A stretch of 54,939 bases of DNA from Candidatus Uhrbacteria bacterium (GTDB lineage: Bacteria; Patescibacteriota; Patescibacteriia; UBA9934; GWF2-40-263): contig JAPLZK010000002.1 in assembly GCA_026395055.1 (NCBI GenBank), positions 1-54,939 on the forward strand. Reading direction: 5' to 3'. The first letter of the stretch is position 1. Each line of letters opens with the position of its first letter. The position numbers and the translations under genes are program-made. Below are positions 1 through 8,671 of the stretch, piece by piece. The notes under the pieces were generated by a model, which saw only the letters and a program-made list of their open reading frames with translations, did not search any database and was not told the DNA's origin.

Positions 1-557
1 CCAAAGTCGCGGTCGGACCAGGCTTTGAAGTCTTGAACAGTGGAAGTGCGTCCGAGGATAATCGAAGTACTTGTCGCGAACAGACAGAACTCTCCACCAG
101 ATTCATTCAATCCATTTGTTTCGACGACGACGGATGTGAGTGCATCTTCCTTTGCCATCACAAAGCGAACAGGGCGGTCTGTGTCTCGTAAAGCGTTCTT
201 AATTTCGCCTCCAAGCGTCTTGAAGCTTCTTGCGATTCGCTGAACAGCCTTAGGATTTCCAAGATCGTAGGCACTAAATCCAAAGGTGATTTTATTTTTT
301 CCTGTGGCTTCCGAGGCTTTTCCGACGATCGCATTTGCACATGCACGCGCGTCGCTTCCGAGGTATTCATCGAGAATGATACCAATCTTGATGGTTCCGC
401 CCAGGCGGTTTTGAAGGTCTTCGAGTGGTATCTCGACATGCTCAAGAACGAGGACGGTCGAGGACTCGAGAAGAATTTTTGAATTCAAACCCACAACCGA
501 GAGAATTTCGGCTTTTGCGAGGTCTGGATGTGAGCCAAGAATGAAAAACGTTTGCAT
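1..557 (-). CDS. conserved hypothetical protein, N-terminal part only (gene runs off the window start); N-terminus resembles putative RNA/DNA-methylase-like proteins of small-genome bacteria
   Basis: Not in the ORF track (no stop inside the window). The minus frame is open from ATG at 557 (plus-strand cat 555-557; in-frame stop upstream at 648-650) to position 1. My translation: MQTFFILGSHPDLAKAEILSVVGLNSKILLESSTVLVLEH...GRTSTVQDFKAWSDRDF. The functional hint is from memory of the N-terminal pattern only. Confidence 0.55.
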   Translation of the reverse strand, partial: MQTFFILGSHPDLAKAEILSVVGLNSKILLESSTVLVLEHVEIPLEDLQNRLGGTIKIGIILDEYLGSDARACANAIVGKASEATGKNKITFGFSAYDLGNPKAVQRIARSFKTLGGEIKNALRDTDRPVRFVMAKEDALTSVVVETNGLNESGGEFCLFATSTSIILGRTSTVQDFKAWSDRDF

Positions 558-611
558 ATCGGAATCAATGTACGCGATTGGAGGCGTTTTGTCGATTTGC
601 CCCCGAATTCC

Positions 612-640
612 TTGACCAAATCCACGGGATTGTGTAGGAT
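612..640 (+). promoter_or_regulatory. sigma70-type promoter upstream of rpsF
   Basis: TTGACC (612-617), 17-nt spacer, TAGGAT (635-640); 75 nt upstream of the rpsF ATG. Confidence 0.5.
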
Positions 641-715
641 TCCGGCATTAATTCTTATCTGTCCACGACCTGAAGAAGGTCGCTCCAACCCACGCGTCGG
701 AGCCAGACGAAACCT

Positions 716-1219
716 ATGAACAAGTACGAACTTTTGTATATTGTGGGATCACAATATACAGAGACAGAGGTTGGAGAAATCCAAAAAAAGATTGCCGCAC
801 AGTTGGAAAAGCTCGGTGCGAAAATTCTTCGCAATGAAATGATTGGCAAGATTCGTCTTGCGTATATCATTAAAAAGACCCGTCACGGATCTTACGTGCT
901 TGTCCACTTTGATGCAGACCCAGCCACAATCAAAGACTTCAATCGTTCCATGGAATTGAATGAAGAGATCTTGCGCCACACACTGCTCACACGTGAGCCA
1001 GGTGCTGAGAACAAAAAGTTTGAATTGACCGCTTACGTTGCGCCGCTCACAGATGAAGGAAAGCGCGTAGAACAAAAGCCAGCATTGGTTCGTGAAAAAC
1101 CAGCACATGTTGAATCTGCCGCTGCACCAATCGACGCTGCGGACGCAAACATGAGCATTGAAGAGTTGGACAAAAAACTCGACGAAATCTTGGAAGATGA
1201 CTTGTCAGAAAAAGTTTAG
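716..1219 (+). CDS. rpsF: 30S ribosomal protein S6 with acidic C-terminal extension
   Basis: ORF track. S6 core (MNKYELLYIV...RLAYIIKKTRHGSYVLVHFDA...EEILRHTLL) plus a ~65-aa acidic tail. Conserved rpsF-ssb-rpsR order. Confidence 0.93.
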   Translation: MNKYELLYIVGSQYTETEVGEIQKKIAAQLEKLGAKILRNEMIGKIRLAYIIKKTRHGSYVLVHFDADPATIKDFNRSMELNEEILRHTLLTREPGAENKKFELTAYVAPLTDEGKRVEQKPALVREKPAHVESAAAPIDAADANMSIEELDKKLDEILEDDLSEKV

Positions 1220-1270
1220 TGAGACGCACGCTTAACATAAATCAAATGAGACCACTGAAAAAGTAGCAGA

Positions 1271-1353
1271 TTTTCGTTGAACGGGCTGTTGATCCCCGCG
1301 ATACGTAGGTGTTCTACGTTGAGTGGGGGCAACGGGCGCCCGTGAAACGAAAA
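1271..1353 (+). promoter_or_regulatory. extended imperfect hairpin in the rpsF-ssb spacer (possible leader/regulatory RNA structure)
   Basis: TTTTCGTTgaACGGGC (1271-1286) pairs with GCCCGTgaAACGAAAA (1338-1353). Inner ACGTAG/CTACGT and CCCC/GGGG helices. No ORF. Confidence 0.3.
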
Positions 1354-1384
1354 GATGCGCTTTTGCAGGGGTCTCAACATCTCT

Positions 1385-1852
1385 ATGTACTCATTGAATC
1401 GAGCAACTTTAATTGGAAACCTTACACGTGAACCAGAAATGCGTCAGACGCCAGGCGGACAATCCGTCTGTTCCTTCTCTGTTGCAACCAATCGTGCTTG
1501 GACCGGCAATGACGGTGTAAAGCAAGATGCAACAGAATTTCATAATATTGTCGCATGGGGAAAGCTTGCGGATATTTGCGGACAATATTTGAGTAAAGGA
1601 AAAAAGATTTACGTAGAAGGACGATTGCAAACACGTGATTGGGAAGGCCAAGACGGTGTAAAGCGTTATCGTACAGAAATTGTTGCAGAAAACATGATCA
1701 TGCTTGATAACAAAGGTGGTGCACCAACGGGAGGATCTACCTTCAGTCCGTCACCAAGTGCGGGGGGATTTACTCCACCACAACCTAAGATGCAAGATGA
1801 TCCGTCGGTCAATCAAGACCAAGAGATTCGTATGGAAGAAATTCCTTTCTAA
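1385..1852 (+). CDS. ssb: single-stranded DNA-binding protein
   Basis: OB-fold SSB motifs (LNRATLIGNLTREPEMR, FHNIVAWGKLAD, YVEGRLQTRDWE), Gly/Pro-rich linker and acidic tip ...MEEIPF. Start moved from the ORF-track 1355 to ATG 1385 (MYSLNRA). Confidence 0.93.
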   Translation: MYSLNRATLIGNLTREPEMRQTPGGQSVCSFSVATNRAWTGNDGVKQDATEFHNIVAWGKLADICGQYLSKGKKIYVEGRLQTRDWEGQDGVKRYRTEIVAENMIMLDNKGGAPTGGSTFSPSPSAGGFTPPQPKMQDDPSVNQDQEIRMEEIPF

Positions 1853-1857
1853 AATAT

Positions 1858-2103
1858 ATGATGAATAACAATCAAAATTCAAAGCCGGTTGTGGCCGGAG
1901 CAAAAAAGCAATGCTATTTTTGCTACAACAACATCGATGACATTGATTATAAAGAAATGAATGTCATGAAGCGTTTTCTTTCTTCATTTGCAAAGATCGT
2001 TCCACGCAAGCGCTCTGGTGTTTGCCAAAGCCATCAACGCAGATTAGCGAATGCCATTAAGCGCGCTCGTATCATGGCGCTCGTTCCGTTCGTACAACAA
2101 TAA
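1858..2103 (+). CDS. rpsR: 30S ribosomal protein S18
   Basis: S18 core: CYFCYNNIDDIDYKEMNVMKRFLSSFAKIVPRKRSGVCQSHQRRLANAIKRARIMALVPF. Confidence 0.93.
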   Translation: MMNNNQNSKPVVAGAKKQCYFCYNNIDDIDYKEMNVMKRFLSSFAKIVPRKRSGVCQSHQRRLANAIKRARIMALVPFVQQ

Positions 2104-2109
2104 AAATGG

Positions 2110-2141
2110 GACGAGGTTTAAAGCCTCGTCTTTATTTTTTT
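2110..2141 (+). terminator. intrinsic terminator after rpsR
   Basis: GACGAGG tttaaag CCTCGTC followed by TTTATTTTTTT. Confidence 0.6.
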
Positions 2142-3104
2142 ATGCAAAACATTCTCGACACAATCCGTGATCGCCAAACGATAAATGATGTCATTCGTGC
2201 GTTTTTGCGTTCTCGCAATTATGTTGAAGTCGAAACTCCGCTCATGGTCGCGTCACCAGATATTGAACCTACATTGACTCCGTTCGAGACGATTGTGAAA
2301 ACGCCCGATGGTTCATCGTATACCGCTGGACTTATCACGAGTCCAGAATATTCCATGAAGAAGTTGCTTGGAATGGGATTACAGAAAATTTTTACCCTTA
2401 CAAAAGTGTTTCGCAACAACGAATCCTTTGGTGGAATTCATAATCCAGAATTCACCATGCTTGAATGGTACACACAGGGTGCGGATATGTTTGCATGTAT
2501 GGATGAAACCGAAGCTCTGGTGCACGAAGTGTTCGCGGCGTTTCGTCATGATGCTGGAGTGATTGATCGTAAGTCTGTTCCGGATCTATTTCGAGAGTTG
2601 ATTGGTGTAGATCTCACGCATGCGTCGCAACAAGACTTGATTGATGCGTGCAACAGACTCGAGGTGCATATCGACTCGTCTGATACAGAATCCGATCTGT
2701 TCTATCGCTTATTCCTTTCGAAAATTGAACCAACATTTGCGGATCGAAACATATTTGTCCATACATATCCGAAGTATCAAGCCGCATTATCTCGATTGAC
2801 CCCGGACGGGAAGTTTGGTGAACGATTCGAGCTGTATTTTAATGGCGTTGAGCTTTGTAATGCATTTACGGAATTAACAGATCCAATAGAACAGCGAAAG
2901 CGGTTTGAGGAGGAATCAAAGACTCGTCTAGAATCAGGGAAAACAACATTCCCCATTGACGAAGATCTCTTAAATCTGTTAGCATCCGTCCAGAATCCGA
3001 GTTTTGGAAACGCTCTTGGTGTCGACCGTCTTCTCATGGTTGCAACAGGAAAAACATCCCTAGAAGATGTGTTGCCATTCTCTGCTAAAAAATTGTTTCA
3101 CTAA
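2142..3104 (+). CDS. epmA: EF-P lysine-34 lysyltransferase (EpmA/PoxA/GenX, truncated class-II LysRS paralog)
   Basis: Class-II aaRS catalytic core without an anticodon-binding domain (SPEYSMKKLL, KIFTLTKVFRNNE, HNPEFTMLEWY, ERFELYFNGVELCNAFTEL, GNALGVDRLLM). Directly upstream of efp. Start set to ATG 2142, after the rpsR terminator. Confidence 0.8.
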   Translation: MQNILDTIRDRQTINDVIRAFLRSRNYVEVETPLMVASPDIEPTLTPFETIVKTPDGSSYTAGLITSPEYSMKKLLGMGLQKIFTLTKVFRNNESFGGIHNPEFTMLEWYTQGADMFACMDETEALVHEVFAAFRHDAGVIDRKSVPDLFRELIGVDLTHASQQDLIDACNRLEVHIDSSDTESDLFYRLFLSKIEPTFADRNIFVHTYPKYQAALSRLTPDGKFGERFELYFNGVELCNAFTELTDPIEQRKRFEEESKTRLESGKTTFPIDEDLLNLLASVQNPSFGNALGVDRLLMVATGKTSLEDVLPFSAKKLFH

Positions 3105-3111
3105 AGATTGT

Positions 3112-3678
3112 ATGGCATCACCAAACGACATCAAGAAATCTACCGTTATTCGTATGAATGGCGAGCTCTGGGTTGCGGTTGATTTTCAACGCGTCTCTCC
3201 AGGAAAGGGAAGTTCCTTTGTGCGAACACGTTTGCGCAATTTGAAATCCGGAAAGGTTATTGAAAACAACTTCAAATCCGCGGAAACTCTGGAGTTTGAA
3301 GATGTTCAATATAAAAAGATGCAATATCTTTTTAATGACGGAAATCTTTACACCTTCATGGACAACGGATCATTCGAACAAGTCTCTATTGGAAAAGCAG
3401 AGATTGCAGAATTCATCCCATACCTCAAAGAAGGATTAGATGTCACGGTTGTCATGCATGACGGAAACGCCCTTACCATTGCTCTCCCACAAAAAATTCA
3501 ATACAGAATCACTTACGCAGAACCAGCAGTGAAAGGAGACACCGCTTCTGGAAACGTTACCAAGGAAGCCGAGTTAGACAGCGGAATGAAAATGCGTGTT
3601 CCAATGTTTATTAACACTGGAGACGAAATTCTTGTAAATACAGATACGGGAACATACGTAGAGCGTGTAAGTAAGTAA
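3112..3678 (+). CDS. efp: translation elongation factor P
   Basis: MASPNDIKKSTVIRMNGELWVAVDFQRVSPGKGSSFVRTRLRNLKSGK...; the conserved modifiable Lys sits in the PGKG loop. Start at ATG 3112 inside ORF 3067-3678. Confidence 0.95.
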   Translation: MASPNDIKKSTVIRMNGELWVAVDFQRVSPGKGSSFVRTRLRNLKSGKVIENNFKSAETLEFEDVQYKKMQYLFNDGNLYTFMDNGSFEQVSIGKAEIAEFIPYLKEGLDVTVVMHDGNALTIALPQKIQYRITYAEPAVKGDTASGNVTKEAELDSGMKMRVPMFINTGDEILVNTDTGTYVERVSK

Positions 3679-3680
3679 AC

Positions 3681-3716
3681 AAAAATCCCTCGAATGATTC
3701 GAGGGATTTTTTATTT
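3681..3716. terminator. bidirectional terminator between efp and the convergent 3715-4089 gene
   Basis: AAAAATCCCTCG aatgatt CGAGGGATTTTTT. Confidence 0.65.
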
Positions 3717-4089
3717 ACGATGCGAGAACTTTGCGTCTGAGATTGATAAAGTTGTAATCCATGATCGTGAAATTTTCTTTCAGTTCACCGATTGCATCGA
3801 AAAGCAAATCAAATTTAGACTCAAACTTTTTATCACTCGCATAATTTTTTCTATCAAGTTCACTGATTTTTTGGTTGACGTCATTAATTCTTTGATCTAA
3901 ATATTCGATATCATCTCTTGTTGCCATGGTTTTTGTTATGCCAGTTATCTGAATTTGCATGGAAACTAGAATGTCCATGATGTAATTTGTTGTCTGTTCA
4001 TGTTTCTCCAGAACCGTTTTTATTTGACCTGTTGTTTCTTCTTGCTTTTCGAATGCAAGCATGATCTTTTTTGTTGTTACATCCTCCAT
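3715..4089 (-). CDS. hypothetical coiled-coil protein
   Basis: 124-aa ORF, heptad-rich, AT-rich composition like the backbone, no SD. No recognisable family. Confidence 0.55.
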   Translation of the reverse strand: MEDVTTKKIMLAFEKQEETTGQIKTVLEKHEQTTNYIMDILVSMQIQITGITKTMATRDDIEYLDQRINDVNQKISELDRKNYASDKKFESKFDLLFDAIGELKENFTIMDYNFINLRRKVLAS

Positions 4090-4110
4090 AAAATTTTGAA
4101 TTAAATTTTC

Positions 4111-5151
4111 TTAGTCATCTGACCCAAGTTGTGTAACTTCTTTTCCACCTTCTACGGCTGTGATGATTTCTTTTCTAATATCCATCATCATTTCTTTGTG
4201 TTCATTTAAAAATGTTTTTGCGGCTTCACGTCCGAGTCCGAGTTTTGTTTCTCGGAAGGTGTAGTTGTTTCCACTCTTTGTAATGGTTCCGATTGGAACT
4301 CCTACGTCTAAAATATCTCCCGCAATACTAATTCCTTCATTGTACATGATGTCGAATTCGCAGGTGCGGAACGGAGGCGCGACTTTATTTTTAACGATTT
4401 TAACTTTGGTTCTGTTTCCAACAATTTTTTCTCCTTGTTTGATTTGTGCATTGCGACGAATTTCAATGCGTATGGATGCATAGAATTTGAGCGCGTTTCC
4501 ACCGGTTGTGGTTTCTGGGTTTCCAAAGACCACGCCAATTTTCATGCGGATTTGGTTGATGAAGATGACGGTTGTTTTGGACTTGTTTACAATACCCGCA
4601 AGCTTACGAAGCGCTTGACTCATAAGACGAGCCTGAAGTCCCATATGAGAATCTCCCATGTCACCGTCAATTTCTGCCTTTGGTGTGAGGGCGGCGACGG
4701 AGTCAATGACAATGACGTCAACCGCGTTTGAACGGACGAGTGTTTCAACGATCTCTAACGCTTGTTCACCGTTGTCTGGTTGTGAAATGAAGAGCTCGTT
4801 AATGTTTACACCAATTTTTTGTGCGTATTCAGGATCAAGCGCGTGTTCTGCATCTACGTATGCGGCAAGTCCACCAAGTTTTTGTACCTCTGCCACAATG
4901 TGTTGTGCAAGTGTGGATTTTCCAGAAGACTCTGGTCCATAAATTTCAATAATGCGACCACGAGGCACTCCGCCAACCCCGAGCGCGAGATCGAGAGAGA
5001 GGCAACCGGTTGAGACAGCGTCTACTTGCATGGTCTTTGCTTCTCCAAGACGCATGATGGAACCTTCGCCGAATTTTTGTTTGATTTGATCAATGGCTTC
5101 AATGGCAGCTTTATTGCGCGCATCAACAACCGAGGTAACTTGTTTTGCCAT
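4111..5151 (-). CDS. recA: recombinase RecA
   Basis: Walker A in [27 protein letters not shown]-like [15 protein letters not shown]2 region [17 protein letters not shown]. Start at ATG 5151 ([10 protein letters not shown]...) within ORF 4111-5205. Confidence 0.97.
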   Translation of the reverse strand: MAKQVTSVVDARNKAAIEAIDQIKQKFGEGSIMRLGEAKTMQVDAVSTGCLSLDLALGVGGVPRGRIIEIYGPESSGKSTLAQHIVAEVQKLGGLAAYVDAEHALDPEYAQKIGVNINELFISQPDNGEQALEIVETLVRSNAVDVIVIDSVAALTPKAEIDGDMGDSHMGLQARLMSQALRKLAGIVNKSKTTVIFINQIRMKIGVVFGNPETTTGGNALKFYASIRIEIRRNAQIKQGEKIVGNRTKVKIVKNKVAPPFRTCEFDIMYNEGISIAGDILDVGVPIGTITKSGNNYTFRETKLGLGREAAKTFLNEHKEMMMDIRKEIITAVEGGKEVTQLGSDD

Positions 5152-5153
5152 AT

Positions 5154-5238
5154 TGGGAAAGGGGTTAGGGGCAAGGGGGTAAAGGTTAGTGAGAGCGCAT
5201 TTCACGCTAGTCCCTAATCCCTTACCTCTCGTCCCTTT
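5154..5238. repeat. G-tract/C-tract inverted-repeat element abutting the recA start codon
   Basis: AAGGGGTTAGGG (5159-5170) and CCCTAATCCCTT (5212-5223), embedded in GGG/CCC-word-rich arms. The same core is at 13543/13605/13619, 23069/23119 and 30450. Confidence 0.7.
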
Positions 5239-5353
5239 ATTATTTATTCAACGTTACGATCAGGGTATCGGGCTCGTGAAAAACACACAAGCTACCTGTG
5301 GATGATATCAAAAAAGTACGAAAAATCAAGGGATGTTGAGCAAAGTTGTCAAC

Positions 5354-5383
5354 AGAAACAAAACATCGCCAAGGTTGGCGATG
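5354..5383 (-). terminator. intrinsic terminator after the rodZ-like gene
   Basis: Minus strand: CATCGCC aacctt GGCGATG TTTTGTTTCTG. The stem sequence is the same as in the 16S terminator at 33159-33187. Confidence 0.55.
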
Positions 5384-5412
5384 AAATGTGTCTGATGAAT
5401 TCTGACACGTGT

Positions 5413-6123
5413 TTAAAATGTTGGAGGAATATTTTGCGGGGTGAGTCCGATCGTCTTTCCGTTGTCAAAAATGACTCGTCTGTACTGTGTGATGAGGTGC
5501 GAATAACGTTTTGCTCCTTCAATTTGCAAGACGTTTACTCCGCGTTCAAGCGCGATTTCTTTTTCAAAGGATCCATCTTGCGCAAGGAGGACTGTTTGTC
5601 CGTTAATCGTAATGGAAGCACCTTTATCTGTTTTTCCTTTTACAAGAATGGTTGCGTCTGTTGTAAGAAAACCATCTGATGGCGATGCGATACTCAAGTG
5701 TGGGGGAGTAATAATAGTCTTCACTTCAAATCCAATGTACGACACGAATGCACCAATGAGCAGAACAAAGAGACAAATTTGCGCGAAGCGACTTGCGACA
5801 AATAGAGAGGTCGCACGTGTGCGTTGGCGTGGTGTCTGGTGTTTGTTTACAACATCACATGTGCCACGTTCCTGTTCGAACTGATCAATGTAGTACGCTT
5901 CCTCTCCACCAAGTGTTCTTGCGAGAGTTTTTAGATAATTACGCGCGTAGATTGGATCTGGTAGTTTGTGAAATGCGTTTGCCTCGAATGCTTTCAGGTA
6001 GGTCTTTTGAATCTTTGTCATTTCTGATAATTCCGACAACGTTAAACGAGCTTCTTTGCGAAGCGTGTGGAGTTTTTCTCCAAGGGTTTGTTCGTTGTGA
6101 AATTGTCGGATGACAAACGCCAT
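5413..6123 (-). CDS. RodZ-like membrane protein (N-terminal HTH, single TM, beta-rich C-terminal domain)
   Basis: HTH-like LGEKLHTLRKEARLTLSELSEMTKIQKTYLKAFE, then TM FAQICLFVLLIGAFVSYIGF. Start taken as ATG 6123 (MAFVIRQF), downstream of the ftsK stop. Confidence 0.65.
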   Translation of the reverse strand: MAFVIRQFHNEQTLGEKLHTLRKEARLTLSELSEMTKIQKTYLKAFEANAFHKLPDPIYARNYLKTLARTLGGEEAYYIDQFEQERGTCDVVNKHQTPRQRTRATSLFVASRFAQICLFVLLIGAFVSYIGFEVKTIITPPHLSIASPSDGFLTTDATILVKGKTDKGASITINGQTVLLAQDGSFEKEIALERGVNVLQIEGAKRYSHLITQYRRVIFDNGKTIGLTPQNIPPTF

Positions 6124-6143
6124 AATGCACAAGTGGGGGCGGA

Positions 6144-8543
6144 TTAAAATTCCGTGTCTTCTTTTCCTTCTTTGTCTTTTGTTTCGTCTTGGAACCAAGC
6201 GTCGTCAATATCGTCATCCCAATTTGGTTTCTTACTTGGTTCGATTTCTTTTTCCTCCTCCTCTTCTTTCATGATGGTTTTTATTGGCGCGACATGGGGA
6301 TTTAAGAATTCTTCTTCTGTATCCTCTTCATCATCTTTTGTATATTTGTTTGGTTTTTCTGCTTCTAGGTAATCATCATCCGCTGTTGGCATGCCATCTT
6401 TCAGATCTCCTCCCGGTGGCCATGCGTCAACCAGAATTTCGCGTGGTTTTGCGCCTTCGCCAGGACCGACGACACCAGACTCTTCCATCAGGTCGATCAT
6501 GCGGGCTGCTCGAGAATAGCCGATCTTTAAGTGGCGCTGTAAGAATGATGTAGAAGCTTTGCCTGCTTTGATCACAAGGTCAACGCCTTGGTCAAACAAT
6601 GGTTCGTCGTTTCCTGTGTCACTAAAGACTGTGCCAGCCTTTGTAATTTCTGTGATAGCCAGATTGTAGTCTGGTTCTCCTTTTTGTCGCAAGAACGCGA
6701 CCACACGTTCAATTTCTTCACTGGATGCATAGGCACCTTGAATACGTTTTGGTTTTGCGAGCTCCGCACTTGTGAAGAGCATGTCTCCTCGACCAAGTAA
6801 TTTTTCCGCACCACTCATGTCCAGAATTGTGCGTGAGTCTGTTTGTGATGCAACCGCAAAGGCGATGCGTCCCGGAATGTTTGCTTTGATGAGACCGGTG
6901 ATGACGTCCACACTTGGACGTTGTGTTGCAAGCACTAAGTGAATTCCAACCGCGCGCGCCATCTGTGCGATACGGACAATCGTGGATTCAACTTCACGAC
7001 CACTTTGGCTCATGAGATCCGCGAGCTCGTCGATGACGACCACGATTTTTGGCATGCGCTCTTCGGATTTTTCGTTGTATCCGTCGATATTACGCGCGCC
7101 GAACTTCGAAAGCACATCTAAACGTCGTTCCATTTCACGAACTGTCCACTTGAGAGCGTTGACCGTGTCATCTGCGTTGATGATTGGTGGCACAAGCAAA
7201 TGTGGAATACCAGCGAACATGGTGAGCTCGACACGTTTTGGATCTACGAGAATCAACTTTAAATCATCCGGACCATTTTGATAGAGAAGAGAAACGATGA
7301 GTCCATTCAAACACACAGATTTTCCAGAACCGGTTGATCCAGCAATCAACATGTGTGGCATCTTTGCAAGATCGATGGTGTAGGAAGATCCGGAAACATC
7401 TTTTCCAAGTGGAATAGAAAGTCCGGTTGCATTTTTTGTAAATTCTTTTGTTTCCATGACGTCACGGAGTGTAACCGTTGCAACCTTTGTGTTTGGAACT
7501 TCAATACCAACTAAAGATTTTCCTGGGATTGGTGCTTCAAGACGGAGTGGATGAGCAGCGAGTGCGAGCGCAAGATCATTTTGCAACGCGACGATGCGTG
7601 AGATCTTGATTCCTTGTGAAGGTCGAAGCGTAAATTGTGTCACGGTTGGCCCAACCGATGTTTCGCTCATCTCCACTTCAATGCCGAATTCATGAAATGT
7701 TCGCTCAATGATTTCTTTGTTGCGTTCAATGTCGCCTGGTTGTGCTTTTGAGGTGGAATGCTCGAGAAGATCGAGAGGAATGGTAATGCTTCTACGCTTT
7801 TTACTTGTGAGAACTGTTTCTGCGACAGGTTGTTCTTTCAAAGGGGATGCGCGGAAAAGAGATTTCTTTGGTTCGGGGATGAGTTCGTCATCGTCTTCCA
7901 TTTCATCTGTGTCGTCGATGAGAAGATTTTCGTCCTCGTCTTCATCTTCTTCATCAAGATCAACAGGAGTTTCCACAGCGTCTTTTGTAAGGCGTGTTTG
8001 CATCCAGCCACTGACTTGTTTGTGAACACCAAGCGCTTGTGAAAGAGAGGTGTTAAAAATCAACATGATGGATACGCATAAAAGCGCGACCACAATAACG
8101 AACGCACCCCAGTATCCAACGGAAGAGGGAAGAAGGATGGCAAGAAATTGTCCAAGGTACCCGCCAGCAAGTGTGAGGTCTGTAAGCGGAGTTGCGATAT
8201 CAATAAACAATAAGTTGAGCAGGGCGTTGAATGAAAGGAAAAAAATGATGAGTCCAACATAATTCCATTTTGAAAGGCGTCCGCGATCTGGAAAGGCAAG
8301 GGTGAATCCGATGGCGAGAAACAAAAAAGGGGCGACGTAGCGATCGATTCCAAGAAAAAGAGAGAGTTGATCATTCAGCCATAAGCCAAAGTTCCCCGCG
8401 AGGTGAAACAAAGCGAGAATAAAAATAACGCCGATGGTAAAAAGGAAAACGATGGCAATGCTTCGTTTTGCTTCTGGGTTCAGAACGAAATGATTGGGTT
8501 CTGAGGAGTGGTGTTGGCGCGAAGCGCGTTTTTTCTTGGACAT
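6144..8543 (-). CDS. ftsK: DNA translocase FtsK/SpoIIIE
   Basis: N-terminal TM helices, acidic linker, motor domain with LIAGSTGSGKS (Walker A) and IVVVIDELADLM (Walker B). Gamma-like winged helix ASTSFLQRHLKIGYSRAARMIDLMEESGVVGP, acidic tail. Start probably ATG 8543 (MSKKKRAS) within ORF 6144-8600. Confidence 0.93.
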   Translation of the reverse strand: MSKKKRASRQHHSSEPNHFVLNPEAKRSIAIVFLFTIGVIFILALFHLAGNFGLWLNDQLSLFLGIDRYVAPFLFLAIGFTLAFPDRGRLSKWNYVGLIIFFLSFNALLNLLFIDIATPLTDLTLAGGYLGQFLAILLPSSVGYWGAFVIVVALLCVSIMLIFNTSLSQALGVHKQVSGWMQTRLTKDAVETPVDLDEEDEDEDENLLIDDTDEMEDDDELIPEPKKSLFRASPLKEQPVAETVLTSKKRRSITIPLDLLEHSTSKAQPGDIERNKEIIERTFHEFGIEVEMSETSVGPTVTQFTLRPSQGIKISRIVALQNDLALALAAHPLRLEAPIPGKSLVGIEVPNTKVATVTLRDVMETKEFTKNATGLSIPLGKDVSGSSYTIDLAKMPHMLIAGSTGSGKSVCLNGLIVSLLYQNGPDDLKLILVDPKRVELTMFAGIPHLLVPPIINADDTVNALKWTVREMERRLDVLSKFGARNIDGYNEKSEERMPKIVVVIDELADLMSQSGREVESTIVRIAQMARAVGIHLVLATQRPSVDVITGLIKANIPGRIAFAVASQTDSRTILDMSGAEKLLGRGDMLFTSAELAKPKRIQGAYASSEEIERVVAFLRQKGEPDYNLAITEITKAGTVFSDTGNDEPLFDQGVDLVIKAGKASTSFLQRHLKIGYSRAARMIDLMEESGVVGPGEGAKPREILVDAWPPGGDLKDGMPTADDDYLEAEKPNKYTKDDEEDTEEEFLNPHVAPIKTIMKEEEEEKEIEPSKKPNWDDDIDDAWFQDETKDKEGKEDTEF

Positions 8544-8593
8544 GTGCGTGTATTTTAGCATGATTGGGAAGCGGGGAGAAGATTGATTGACCA

Positions 8594-8622
8594 TTGACAA
8601 AACGGCAAAAATCCCGTACGGT
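8594..8622 (+). promoter_or_regulatory. sigma70-type promoter upstream of pit
   Basis: TTGACA (8594-8599), 17 nt, TACGGT (8617-8622). The ORF-track start at 8594 is the TTG of this -35 box. Confidence 0.45.
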
Positions 8623-8671
8623 TTCGCCAGTTCCTTGTGTCCTTAACAATGCGCCTTATGGAGGTGATTCC

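Noticed and set aside
5302-5679. 125-aa plus-strand ORF overlapping the rodZ-like gene 3' end, and 3694-3900 plus opposite the coiled-coil gene
   Set aside because: These are antisense to better-supported genes, have no SD, and cross terminator hairpins.
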